From Pyrodictiaceae archaeon (GTDB lineage: Archaea; Thermoproteota; Thermoprotei_A; Sulfolobales; Pyrodictiaceae), in contig JALVSY010000016.1 in NCBI GenBank assembly GCA_027036135.1, positions 128,001 through 192,000 of the forward strand: a DNA stretch of 64,000 nucleotides, in the 5' to 3' direction. The notes beneath the pieces are model-generated. The model searched no databases and was not told where the DNA came from. It saw only the letters and a list, made by a program, of their open reading frames with translations. Below, piece by piece: positions 39,131 to 48,445 of the stretch. A program made the translations under genes and the position numbers. Within the stretch, counting starts at the first letter, position 1. Each line of letters starts with the position of its first letter.

Positions 39131-39238
39131 AACTACCAAGCGCCTCCTCGATAACTGCTCCGGGTACGTGCCCCGCACCACGGCGGAGCCAGAGATTGTC
39201 TACGAGTCCTTACTCCAGCTCGGGCTCCCCTAAACACT

Positions 39239-39997
39239 TTAGCTCTCCACTAATCGTCTTAGTCTCTCCGAGAGACAAGGCTCGATGGGCGGCTCCTCTA
39301 GCCGTGACTCGCAGCACTTACTAAGCACTGTATATGCGACGTGTACGCATTGCCCACAGGGGCAGAGCTCTACACAGCTAAGCCTTAGCCTTGGGGACCC
39401 AGAGCGATCACGGAACCCTATGCCTATATAGTCATTAACTATGCTTACCCCGGCTCCAAATACATAGGGCGTTATTGTTGCTCTTAGTTCATCAACGACA
39501 TGTTGTCGTAGAAGGCTGTAGTTCAGTGCGCCCCCTCCTTCGACGAGGACACTCTTGATATCATAGTTTTCTGCAAGTATTTGTAGTGCTTCCCGTAGGT
39601 CTACTTCACCTCTATCACCAAGAGTATTTATTTTCACGACGTCTGCTCCGAGCTCTCTTATCTTCTCGATCTTCTCCTTGTCATTACTAGCTGTTATTAC
39701 TATTACTTTTGGCCCTGGTTCACGGAAGATGCGTTGATTTGGGCTAACTCTTAGTTTTCCGTCAACGATTACTCGGTAGTACTTTGTTGTCCTGGGCTCT
39801 AGTCGCTTACGCAACGTAGAATCATCAATAATAATCGTGTTTGCTCCGACCATTACTGCTTCGTGAGCGCCTCTTAGGAGCCGGAGCCTGGCCAAGTCGT
39901 AGTTGCAGCTTAGCTCGCTAAATCTCGTGGAGGAGGCTATGCGTCCATCAATAGTCATGGTCGAGAATATCGTGACGTAGGGGCGCTGGCTCATCAT
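39239..39997 (-). CDS. Pyrimidine nucleotide reductase (Rib7/RibD C-terminal/ArfC)
   Basis: MTIDGRIA, VMVGANT, VLVEGG. Confidence 0.88.
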   Translation of the reverse strand: MMSQRPYVTIFSTMTIDGRIASSTRFSELSCNYDLARLRLLRGAHEAVMVGANTIIIDDSTLRKRLEPRTTKYYRVIVDGKLRVSPNQRIFREPGPKVIVITASNDKEKIEKIRELGADVVKINTLGDRGEVDLREALQILAENYDIKSVLVEGGGALNYSLLRQHVVDELRATITPYVFGAGVSIVNDYIGIGFRDRSGSPRLRLSCVELCPCGQCVHVAYTVLSKCCESRLEEPPIEPCLSERLRRLVES

Positions 39998-40006
39998 CGT
40001 CGCCTC

Positions 40007-40552
40007 CTAGCTTGGGAGGGCTCTTTTCGCTCTCTTAATAGTGCCACTGGTCCGTACAGGGACTATAACTGCTCTTCTTCGCCCAATTCTGCGCACGAGG
40101 CCCATGGCTGCAAGGACAACGTACTTGGTATCATGCGTGCAGCGTATTATCCCCACCGCTCTCTCCGGATCATAGTAGACTAGCTGAACCCTACCAAGAG
40201 CTACTGAGAGCTGGCCGCCGAGCCTCTCAACAGCCTTGAGTATGGCCTTCTCTACCTCCTGGGGGGAGGGCGGCTCCTCTCCCTCGTACACTATGTAGAA
40301 TGCAATGTATCTCCTCCTACGCTTGGCCCTCAGCTTTGCGAGGAAGTCCTCTGCTTCGCTACTCCGTAGTGCCGCCAGCGCCGCCCTGGCAACCAACTTG
40401 TTCTGTCTAACCACTTTCTCCAATGCTTTCTCAAGAGAACTAATTCTTTCCTCGATAATCCCCGTCCTCTTTGTCACCAGGTAAGAGTAAAGACTAGCTG
40501 CAATACCTACCAAGAGAACCAGGGCCGATAACAAGTACTCAGTACTTATCAC
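40007..40552 (-). CDS. rnp2: RNase P subunit Pop5/Rpp14 with N-terminal TM helix and coiled coil
   Basis: RRRRYIAF, GIIRC, RTSGTIKRA. Confidence 0.88.
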   Translation of the reverse strand: MISTEYLLSALVLLVGIAASLYSYLVTKRTGIIEERISSLEKALEKVVRQNKLVARAALAALRSSEAEDFLAKLRAKRRRRYIAFYIVYEGEEPPSPQEVEKAILKAVERLGGQLSVALGRVQLVYYDPERAVGIIRCTHDTKYVVLAAMGLVRRIGRRRAVIVPVRTSGTIKRAKRALPS

Positions 40553-40555
40553 GCC

Positions 40556-41203
40556 TTATCCCCTTAGCCTCTTCGAGTAAAGTATTGACGAGGGATAACC
40601 GGTCACGGAGAGCGAGGCAATGTTCTCTGGAACCCCGAACGAGACAAGCAGCGCTTTCATCGCTGCTGGGCTCCAAAGTTCCCATTTACTCCGAGCACCG
40701 CTAGTTATTACCAGCATTGCCTCGTACGCTGCTGCACGTCTCGCAATTATCATTATGCCTCGAAGGCTTCGGCGCGGATCATCGCTATAGAGTAATGGTA
40801 GGAGAGATACCTCTACTCCTGCGCCGCTCTCGCGGAGGAGACGGGCCTGACTCTTATCCATATACCTAGCCATCCCGGGCGGGAGTTGCACGAGAGCAAC
40901 TCGAGGATCCTTTGCAGCGTGCCTCGCTACCTCAGCGCTCTTGGGTTTCACAACTACTAGGTCGTAGTAAGGGCTTATTCTCCTCAATACTTTGAGTGCT
41001 TTACCCCAGCTATCAGCTTCTATAGTCATCCTAGTATATGCCTCGAGACCTGCCTCGATAAACGGCTTGGTATAGGCTCTTGCCTCTCGTGGATTAGGAT
41101 TATCTATAGCAACACATCTTACACCCATACCCGCGAGTAGAGGCGCGATTCTGTGCGCATCCTCTAAGCTCCTAGGCGCTACATGGAGATCGCATATCTT
41201 CAA
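40556..41203 (-). CDS. rnp3: RNase P subunit Rpp30
   Basis: DLHV, ITSGARSKWELWSP; position in the superoperon. Confidence 0.88.
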   Translation of the reverse strand: MKICDLHVAPRSLEDAHRIAPLLAGMGVRCVAIDNPNPREARAYTKPFIEAGLEAYTRMTIEADSWGKALKVLRRISPYYDLVVVKPKSAEVARHAAKDPRVALVQLPPGMARYMDKSQARLLRESGAGVEVSLLPLLYSDDPRRSLRGIMIIARRAAAYEAMLVITSGARSKWELWSPAAMKALLVSFGVPENIASLSVTGYPSSILYSKRLRG

Positions 41204-41652
41204 GCTAGGAGCCCCAGCTCCCTAAGAATTTCCTCAGCTCTCTTTAGCCGAGGCGCACCACGAAGCTGTATAACTACGTGAACCACGTCGTCTCCATCGT
41301 AGAGCCTTAGCTCGCCCATGTAGGCGTCCTGCTTACTAAACCTGATAAATAGGCGTCCGCTTCGCTCGTCGTAGCGTGAGTCAAAGAGCGCGGTCAAGAT
41401 CTTCTTGTCCTGTTCATTAAGCATCTCGCCTAGCCTCTTAACGAATTCCTCCGCGTCTTTGCCCTCGAGACGTGCAACGATACGTGTAATCGGGTTATTA
41501 TAGTGACCCTCAACAGTCGCTCTCTCAGTCCTAACCTTGTTTCTAAGTGCCTCCGGGACTACGTTCATTAGGGCTTTCTCAACCTTCTCTGGATCCTCAG
41601 TTGCATGCGCATGCGCTGCTAGCTCTACTCGGACAACCCTGGTATAGGCCAT
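41200..41652 (-). CDS. RNA-binding protein (DUF54/COG1325)
   Basis: HATEDPEKV, GHYNNPI, FIRFSKQ. Confidence 0.9.
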   Translation of the reverse strand: MAYTRVVRVELAAHAHATEDPEKVEKALMNVVPEALRNKVRTERATVEGHYNNPITRIVARLEGKDAEEFVKRLGEMLNEQDKKILTALFDSRYDERSGRLFIRFSKQDAYMGELRLYDGDDVVHVVIQLRGAPRLKRAEEILRELGLLA

Positions 41653-41880
41653 GTCTTTGCTCCTCCCAGCTATTAGCTATCTTGCCTAAAGGAGATTAAT
41701 AACACGAATAATAAGTTCCCGTCCTTGTCAGCGAGCTGACCAGGAATTACCATGGGCCTTGGAATCTTCTTGTATCAGGCCTTAGGGTATACGGGTTCCT
41801 TAAGGTATTGGTGTGATAAAAGCCCTCGTGGATATGGAGCAAGAAATTCCCTTCACTTGAGCCTTGGTGGTGAAGGGTTT

Positions 41881-42561
41881 TTACTGCAGGTCTTCTTTGT
41901 GGTACTTCTCTCTGATCTCGTCGGGTGCTATGAGGCGTGCACCGCGATGGGCCTCGTGGCGCTTCTTGAGCTCTCTTTCCTTCTGCTTCTTCTTCCACTT
42001 ATACTTGTGTGTTCCCTTGAGGCCTCTGGACTTGCGTAGTCCTCTCATCTTCTTGCCAGCACTGGTTAGTCCTCTGAATACTCTGCCGCGGTTCTGCTTC
42101 TCACATATCCATTTCAGTTCCTTGTCCTCGCATATTGCCGGGTGGTTCCTATCAACCAGTATTACCTCGTACCACTTATACTCTCCATCCTCGGCCACGT
42201 AGTAGCTGTTGAGAACCTCCATGTTGGGGTACTTCCGCGCCGCTCTCTCCTCTGCTATTAAGCGGGTCGACTTGGCAGGTGCGTAGCCATAGACACCCAT
42301 CCGCTTCGGTCTCCTACCCTTGTTTGGCCTAGGCCTGTTTAGGCCTCCCTTACGCACCCGTACCCTTACCACTATTATCCCTGGCTTCGCCTTATAGCCG
42401 AGAGTCCTAGCCCGGTCTATCCTTGTTGGCTTCTCTACTCGGACTACGCTTGGCTGTCTACGCCACTCCATTAGTCTCTTCTTCCAGAGCTGAGCTAGTT
42501 CTGGTACCTCGTATCGCTGTTTCCAAGTCTCACGGAGATAGTGGTAGAGTCCATGAGCCAT
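41881..42561 (-). CDS. rpl15e: 50S ribosomal protein L15e
   Basis: [29 protein letters not shown]. Confidence 0.97.
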   Translation of the reverse strand: MAHGLYHYLRETWKQRYEVPELAQLWKKRLMEWRRQPSVVRVEKPTRIDRARTLGYKAKPGIIVVRVRVRKGGLNRPRPNKGRRPKRMGVYGYAPAKSTRLIAEERAARKYPNMEVLNSYYVAEDGEYKWYEVILVDRNHPAICEDKELKWICEKQNRGRVFRGLTSAGKKMRGLRKSRGLKGTHKYKWKKKQKERELKKRHEAHRGARLIAPDEIREKYHKEDLQ

Positions 42562-42669
42562 TAAGCTTCTCCCCGCTCCTTTGCTATTGTGGTTGTATCC
42601 CCAGTGCTAGGGCTCACACACCCCTTTAAAACACTATAGACTAGGAGGCTCCGTGATCACGTAGAAAGT

Positions 42670-42748
42670 AGGAGAGGGTGATGATTTGCCCGCATATCCG
42701 ACGAGCAGCTTCCTATGGGGAAGTGTGCGCCCCGGCTGACTCCCTCCT
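42670..42748 (+). ncRNA. C/D-box guide sRNA (candidate)
   Basis: Stem AGGAGAGG/CTCCCTCCT; GTGATGA - TTTGCCCGCATAT - CCGA ... AGTGTGCGCCCCGG - CTGA. Confidence 0.65.
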
Positions 42749-42753
42749 CTAGC

Positions 42754-43980
42754 TTAGCCTTTATGAGCCGCTGCTGCAACTATTTTTATCACGTCGTTGT
42801 CCTGTAGCTCGTAGTCCTCGCCTACACGTGTCTTTGTCTTAGCATTGATGGCGTATAGGAATGTTTTCCCAAGATCCGTGTGCACCATGTATGCTAGCTG
42901 CCTTGCAGTTGTCCCCTTTGGCACGAGGTATGCATCGGGTAGGATTCTACCCTTGCTATCAGTGAACTTGTGTATATCCTCGACAGGGTAAACCACTATC
43001 ATCTCTAGTAGCTCAAAGAAAGTCTTGTTGATTACCTCTTGAACGCCCGTTGAGCCCCATTTCCGTAGTACATGCTCACGTATATACTCTAGTGCCTGCA
43101 ACTGTTTCCTACTCAGCTTGTTCTCGTTGATTATCTCGAAGTCAGGGTCGCCGGGGAGGTATCTTATGAGCCCAGCTCTTGCTGCTCTTCGAAGAGCTAG
43201 CTCAGCAGCAGCACTTGTAGGCACGACTGGGTAGCTAAGCTCTTTCCTGAGCCGCTTAATGCCCTCCTCTGCGCCTGGTAGATCGGCCTTGTTGGCGGCT
43301 ATTATCATTGGTTTTGCGAGGCGCAATCCCCTAGCAAGGTTCCTTAGATCTTCGCGGCTCCAGCTAGTTATAGGCTTCCTTGATAAATCAGCGTATTCCA
43401 GTGCCTTCTCAACGTGGTATCGTCGAATGCTTAGCCCGCTAAGCCTCTGAGTTAGGGCCTCGACAACGTTTTGCCCGGTTGTTGAAACCTTCATGGCGAA
43501 GCGGTCCCAGTCATTGAGTATTATGCTATAGATCCATTCCTCTATCTCGTTCTCTAGCCACCTAACCTCTTCTACCGGGTCATAAGTGCCTGGTGGCACC
43601 GGGTTGCCCTGTGCATCCGTTGAGCCAGACGCATCAACTATCAATATGATAGCGTCTGCTCTGCGAATAGAGTCCAGGAACTTGTTACCCAGTCCTTTAC
43701 CCTCGTGAGCACCGGGTATGAGACCGGGAGTATCAATTATCTTCACGGGGATGAATCTCCACCCATCAATACAGTATCCCGAGGCCGGATCGCAGCGAGG
43801 AAGACCGAGCTCCACGTGTACACAGCGCTTACGTACATACCCTACACCAGTATTAGGCTCAAGCGTAACGAACGGCCTATTACCTAGCTCGACAGAGGCA
43901 AGTGTCGCTGCAGCGAAGAACGTTGATTTACCAACGTTTGTCTTACCTACTAGCCCTGCTAGCCTTTCTGGCGGAGGCAA
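42754..43980 (-). CDS. ychF: YchF/Obg-family ATPase/GTPase with TGS domain
   Basis: GKTNVGKST, DTPGL, GLGNKFL, NKAD, HTDL. Confidence 0.9.
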   Translation of the reverse strand: MPPPERLAGLVGKTNVGKSTFFAAATLASVELGNRPFVTLEPNTGVGYVRKRCVHVELGLPRCDPASGYCIDGWRFIPVKIIDTPGLIPGAHEGKGLGNKFLDSIRRADAIILIVDASGSTDAQGNPVPPGTYDPVEEVRWLENEIEEWIYSIILNDWDRFAMKVSTTGQNVVEALTQRLSGLSIRRYHVEKALEYADLSRKPITSWSREDLRNLARGLRLAKPMIIAANKADLPGAEEGIKRLRKELSYPVVPTSAAAELALRRAARAGLIRYLPGDPDFEIINENKLSRKQLQALEYIREHVLRKWGSTGVQEVINKTFFELLEMIVVYPVEDIHKFTDSKGRILPDAYLVPKGTTARQLAYMVHTDLGKTFLYAINAKTKTRVGEDYELQDNDVIKIVAAAAHKG

Positions 43981-44165
43981 GGACTTCCCACCTATACCAT
44001 CTTCTAGAGCGAGGCCTGGGTCAACAAAAATAGTATCTTGTGCCCACTCTGCTACGCTACATGGATGTAATGCTTCATCGACATTGCTTGAAGAAGTCGT
44101 CCTCGCTAGCGCAGGGTTGAGATTGTAAAAAAGAACTGTAATATATCGCAGTAGACGAGGTAGAG

Positions 44166-44594
44166 TTAGTAATCGCCTACTATTTCTTCGTCGCTGAAGA
44201 AGACCTTGTACTCCCTCTCGAACGACTCCTTGCTGTCACTCGCGTGTATCACGTTGGCTCCTATGTCCAGTGCGAAGTCGCCGCGAATAGTGCCTGGTGG
44301 TGCCTGCCTGCCGTCAGTCGGGCCTATCATTAGTCTTACCACGTTTATAGCGCTGTCACCTTCTAGTATCATTGCGACCACGGGGCCGCTTGTAACAAAG
44401 TTGACAAGTTCCTCGAAGAAGGGCTTCCCCTTGTGGACCTCGTAGAGTTTCTCGGCTTCTTCTCTGCTCAGCCACTTCATCTTGAGCGCCTTTATCTTCA
44501 AGCCTTTTCTCTCGAAACGGGCTATTATCTCGCCAACGAGGCCCCTCTTAACACCATCCGGTTTTATCATGACGAAGGTCTTTTCAACCGCCAC
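44166..44594 (-). CDS. ndk: Nucleoside diphosphate kinase
   Basis: [21 protein letters not shown]. Confidence 0.97.
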   Translation of the reverse strand: MAVEKTFVMIKPDGVKRGLVGEIIARFERKGLKIKALKMKWLSREEAEKLYEVHKGKPFFEELVNFVTSGPVVAMILEGDSAINVVRLMIGPTDGRQAPPGTIRGDFALDIGANVIHASDSKESFEREYKVFFSDEEIVGDY

Positions 44595-44729
44595 GCCTTA
44601 TCCTCCTCCTGCCGAGGAGCTTGGTTATTGCCCTAGGACTTGTAAACTCTTATGCCGCTCCACGGGACTAGGCAGGCGCGAAAGCTGAATATCTAGGGCC
44701 TTATTGCTAGTCCTATCGGGCAGCAAGCA

Positions 44730-45614
44730 ATGACCGTGGGCGTTATAGGTCTGGGGCGGATGGGCTCAGCGGTTGCTCGGCGTTTAGCCGAGAAGGGCTT
44801 TGAGCTAGTTCTGTGGACGCGGGATCGGGAGAAACTAGGGAAAGTGGCAAAGGAGCTTGGTGCTGAGGCTGCTTCTTCTCCCCGGGAGGTCGCCGAGAAA
44901 GCGGATGATACTCACATAGTGGTTAGTGATGATCATGCACTCTACGGGGTAGTTACTGGCCCGGAGGGTGTTCTTGGTGCCCAGGAGCCAACAACGATAA
45001 TTAACCAGGTAACATGCACTATTAAGGCATCAACGAGCATCGCTGAGATGACCTCTAGCAAGGGATTCGGGTACGTAGAGGCTCCTATAATTGGTGGGCC
45101 TAGAACCGTTGAGCGGGGCGAGGCTATTATACCTTGTAGTGGTGAGGAGGAGGCTTGTGGTACAGAGAGCCTACTTGCTCTTGGCTCTGTGGTGTATCTT
45201 GGTCATCCACCCAAGGCTCTTGCAGCGAAACTTGGCTTCAACCACGTGTTCTTGGGGATAGTTAGTGCTCTTGCCGATGCATTCGCGTTGGCTGAGGCCT
45301 ATGGTATTGAATGGGAGAACTACGTTAACCTAGTTCTATCGAAGACCTGGCTCCGGGGCATAGTTGAGCGCTACGGTGATAGGCTACGACTAGGGGGAAA
45401 GACTAGTTTTGCTTCCAAGCTAGCAGCTAAGGATGCACGATACGTTGCTGAGGCGCTTGCAGAACTAGGACTCGATGCAAGCCTAGCAGCCGCAATAACT
45501 AATCACTATGCAGCAATGATTAGGGAGGGCTACGGCGATGCTGACTACCCATCAGTGGCAGGGTTCTTCGCCATGCTTGGCCGCAAGCTAAGGGAGGGCA
45601 AGGCAAAGAACTAG
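44730..45614 (+). CDS. NAD(P)-dependent beta-hydroxyacid dehydrogenase family protein
   Basis: GLGRMG, EAPIIGG, AAKLGFN, KDARY. Confidence 0.85.
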   Translation: MTVGVIGLGRMGSAVARRLAEKGFELVLWTRDREKLGKVAKELGAEAASSPREVAEKADDTHIVVSDDHALYGVVTGPEGVLGAQEPTTIINQVTCTIKASTSIAEMTSSKGFGYVEAPIIGGPRTVERGEAIIPCSGEEEACGTESLLALGSVVYLGHPPKALAAKLGFNHVFLGIVSALADAFALAEAYGIEWENYVNLVLSKTWLRGIVERYGDRLRLGGKTSFASKLAAKDARYVAEALAELGLDASLAAAITNHYAAMIREGYGDADYPSVAGFFAMLGRKLREGKAKN

Positions 45615-45660
45615 TACCCACGATGCACCATTCTCGTCGGGCAATGGGTGCACCGAGCGA

Positions 45661-46533
45661 ATGAATAATACAAGCCTACTGGGCTTAGCCGCTATTATAG
45701 CTACTACTCTCTCATGGAGCCTAGCCCCGGTCTTTATTAGCAGAGCATCTAGCCGGAAGAGACTAGACCCAGTAGTGTTTAATGCTGCTCGAATGCTCTT
45801 CGCAATGCTGATACTGGTTCCTCTCGCATACCTAGCCGAGGGATTCCCCTATAAGACTCCGTGGCTTAGCCCAGAGTTCGAGGCTGGTGTATGGATTGGC
45901 GGTGTCTTTAGCACTGTTGTCGGGGACACTCTCTTCGTCTACAGCGTTAGCGTTGTTGGTGCAAGTATAGCTCTACCAGTCTCCTACCTTTTCATAATAT
46001 GGAGCGCTCTCTACGACTACCTAACCGGGTCTATTGGTAGCCGAGTCCTAGTAGCTGCTGGTCTCGCATTCCTAGGTGTGTGGCTTGTAGCCCAAGACAG
46101 TACTAGCAAGGACAAAGGACCAGGAATTGTTCCCAGAGCCATACTTGCTGCTATTGGCACCTCACTCGTATGGGCTGTTAGCATGTATGCCTATAAGCTA
46201 GCCATGAGTGTTAGCGGCGAGTACTCTGTAGCCGCTGCGCGTTCTATAGCAACTGTGCTGGTCTTGTCACCGTATGTGGCTAGAATAAGAGAGCTTAGAG
46301 GTGTATTGCTTGATACTTTTCTCAGTTCGTTCTTTGGCTACTTCTTTGGGACAATTACGTTCCTAGTAGCCCTAGGACTGCTGCCTGCGAGTATAGTTGG
46401 AATCGGCATAGCCCTAACACCCTTTGTTACTCAGCTATTATCTATTCCGCTGGCCCGCGAGAAACCTGGCCTCACAACAATAATAGGTGGACTGCTGCTA
46501 GGCATAGCGATAGCACTTACAGGGACCCATTAG
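45661..46533 (+). CDS. DMT/EamA family transporter
   Basis: About 10 TM helices in two EamA-like repeats. Confidence 0.8.
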   Translation: MNNTSLLGLAAIIATTLSWSLAPVFISRASSRKRLDPVVFNAARMLFAMLILVPLAYLAEGFPYKTPWLSPEFEAGVWIGGVFSTVVGDTLFVYSVSVVGASIALPVSYLFIIWSALYDYLTGSIGSRVLVAAGLAFLGVWLVAQDSTSKDKGPGIVPRAILAAIGTSLVWAVSMYAYKLAMSVSGEYSVAAARSIATVLVLSPYVARIRELRGVLLDTFLSSFFGYFFGTITFLVALGLLPASIVGIGIALTPFVTQLLSIPLAREKPGLTTIIGGLLLGIAIALTGTH

Positions 46534-46609
46534 CGGAGAGCAAGGCTGAGGGCATTACTATAGCTAGGATGTTGGCCAGGTATGGAACAAAATCCTTTAT
46601 GGTGACTGC

Positions 46610-46795
46610 TTAGTGCCGGAGTGGTGTATACTTCTTTGTCCACTTGAGCTTCCTCGGGTCTCTCTTCATCTTCCATAGCTTGAAGCACTTACTGCTACAG
46701 AACCAGAGCACTGTACCATCATTCCTAACGTACATGAGCCCTGTGCCGGGCTCTATCTCGCGGCCACAATATGCACACGTATGTACTATGGGCAT
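46610..46795 (-). CDS. rpl24e: 50S ribosomal protein L24e
   Basis: CAYCG...PGTG...FCSSKC...PRKLKWT. Confidence 0.97.
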   Translation of the reverse strand: MPIVHTCAYCGREIEPGTGLMYVRNDGTVLWFCSSKCFKLWKMKRDPRKLKWTKKYTPLRH

Positions 46796-46801
46796 GGCTT
46801 A

Positions 46802-47053
46802 TTACCTCCTCCTACCTAGTTTACGTGCCTCACGCTCAGTCTCACGTAGTATAACTATGTCTCCCAGCCTGACCGGACCTAGGACATTACGCGTAAGTAC
46901 TCTACCCTTATCCCTACCCTCAAGTACTCTTACGCGTACCTGTATGACCTCGCCATGTACGCCAGTACGCCCTATGATCTGTATGACTTCTGCAGGGAAC
47001 CCTATCTCCTCTATTATATTGAAGTCTTTTCGCTCGCCGCTCTTCTGGCTCAA
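46802..47053 (-). CDS. rps28e: 30S ribosomal protein S28e (TTG start likely)
   Basis: [25 protein letters not shown]. Confidence 0.95.
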   Translation of the reverse strand: MSQKSGERKDFNIIEEIGFPAEVIQIIGRTGVHGEVIQVRVRVLEGRDKGRVLTRNVLGPVRLGDIVILRETEREARKLGRRR

Positions 47054-47138
47054 AGCGTACCCCAGCGACACGAGTAACTAGTGGGGCCTTTAAGAAGCTC
47101 GCCCTAGTCTCTCGCCAAGCACCCGGGGGCTGAGAAAG

Positions 47139-47867
47139 GTGCGCGAGCTAGCAGAGACAATTTTGTCAAAGGCAGGGCTACGCGATGCTCAGAGACTATT
47201 AATATCGCCTAGGAGGATCCTAGCAACACTATACGCGTTCTCGATATGCAATAGACTAAGCGATTGCTCCTCTGCCACGGGAGCTATAGCCGGTCTTTAC
47301 ATAGAAGCGTTGATTGAAGGAGAGCAGCTTGATACTAGCAGGCTTCCAAGCCATATCCGTGTACATGTTGAGAGAGCACTAAGCGAGGTAGAGGACGCTG
47401 CGCTACGAGCACCTACCTCGCTTTACGCGCAGGTAGGCCTTGACGCGGACTTGCTTGCCAGGATGGGTGCCGTCTCGCTACTCAGCAGGGGACTTGTCAC
47501 GAGGCTTAGGGATTTCTTCGCGTTGTTTGCTGAGGCTCTTAGCTACGCCTATGCGTCTGACTACATAGTGTACACGAAGCCTGCGAAGAGCCTTATCCAG
47601 GTACTCAAGCCCCATACAATAGCTATGGCTAAGTGGGCCATAGAGGAGCTGTCATCATTGGGGATAAGTGCATCAATAAAAGCTGAGAGGACAGCTGGAG
47701 GCCTAGTAGCCTACATCGATATACATGAGTGCTTGGGCTCACGTGTCTCGAAGCTTGCATCCGTTAAGCCTACTAACAACTGTATATTGTACCGACTAAA
47801 CTACGAGTGCGCACTCGGCACAATAGAGTATGAATTATGTATACCGGAGTCTACGAGAACACGCTGA
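47139..47867 (+). CDS. Hypothetical protein, degenerate HD-domain-like
   Basis: DADLLARMGAVSL resembles the HD-family DADxLDxxGA motif; no HD dyad seen. Confidence 0.5.
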   Translation: MRELAETILSKAGLRDAQRLLISPRRILATLYAFSICNRLSDCSSATGAIAGLYIEALIEGEQLDTSRLPSHIRVHVERALSEVEDAALRAPTSLYAQVGLDADLLARMGAVSLLSRGLVTRLRDFFALFAEALSYAYASDYIVYTKPAKSLIQVLKPHTIAMAKWAIEELSSLGISASIKAERTAGGLVAYIDIHECLGSRVSKLASVKPTNNCILYRLNYECALGTIEYELCIPESTRTR

Positions 47868-47959
47868 CAAGGGGCTACAAGAGGACAAGACTCGGCCAGA
47901 TATAGTTAAAAAGAAATGATTCTGAAATAATTCTACCATGCCCCGTTTAGGACTTGGTC

Positions 47960-48346
47960 TTAGCTAGTAGCTGCCTTAGTCTTTAGCTCGTTAACTGCCT
48001 TAACTATCTCGTCTACTAGATCCTTTGCCTCACCGGGGTCGATTATGCATGCGCTAGCTGCTGCAACCTCTATTCCTGCAGCCTCGCCTAGTCTCTTCTT
48101 ACTTGGCACGTAGACGTATGGTACCTTCTTCTCCTCACATAGGAGTGGCAGATGAGCTACTATCTCTGGTGGGTCAACATCCTCGGCTATTAGTACTAGC
48201 TTTGCTAAGCCTCTCTCAACGCACTTGGTTGTCTCATTCGTCCCTTTCTTTATCTTACCAGTCTTCCTAGCTATTTCGAGCGCCTTATAGGCCTTCTCGG
48301 CTAGTTCCTCGGGTACCTCGAACCTAACATAGAAGGGCTTGCTCAT
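47960..48346 (-). CDS. rpl7ae: 50S ribosomal protein L7Ae
   Basis: [24 protein letters not shown]. Confidence 0.97.
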   Translation of the reverse strand: MSKPFYVRFEVPEELAEKAYKALEIARKTGKIKKGTNETTKCVERGLAKLVLIAEDVDPPEIVAHLPLLCEEKKVPYVYVPSKKRLGEAAGIEVAAASACIIDPGEAKDLVDEIVKAVNELKTKAATS

Positions 48347-48380
48347 GGCTCATCCTCCTCCCGGGGCCGGTCGTCGCCCC
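48347..48380 (-). promoter_or_regulatory. Candidate K-turn in the rpl7ae 5' UTR
   Basis: GCGACGA-CCGG-CC-CCGG-GAGGAG-GATGA-GC immediately before the ATG. Confidence 0.55.
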
Positions 48381-48445
48381 TCCTCTAGTGAGGGCAACAG
48401 CGCTGCTAGGGGTATAGAAAACTAGCGCAAAACTGGGGAAGAGGC

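Noticed and set aside
41747-42202. Overlapping ORFs of 83, 95 and 112 aa around the end of rpl15e
   Set aside because: Alternative-frame or antisense shadows of rpl15e
43981-44165. GATGA/CAGA motifs and a small hairpin between ndk and ychF
   Set aside because: Box spacing does not fit a C/D RNA; insufficient support
44607-44677. CCTGCC/GGCAGG stem upstream of ndk
   Set aside because: Short GC stems are expected by chance and it overlaps divergent promoters
45613-45660. TGCACC...GGTGCA hairpin between the dehydrogenase and EamA genes
   Set aside because: No U-tract or box motifs, so it cannot be assigned as a terminator or ncRNA
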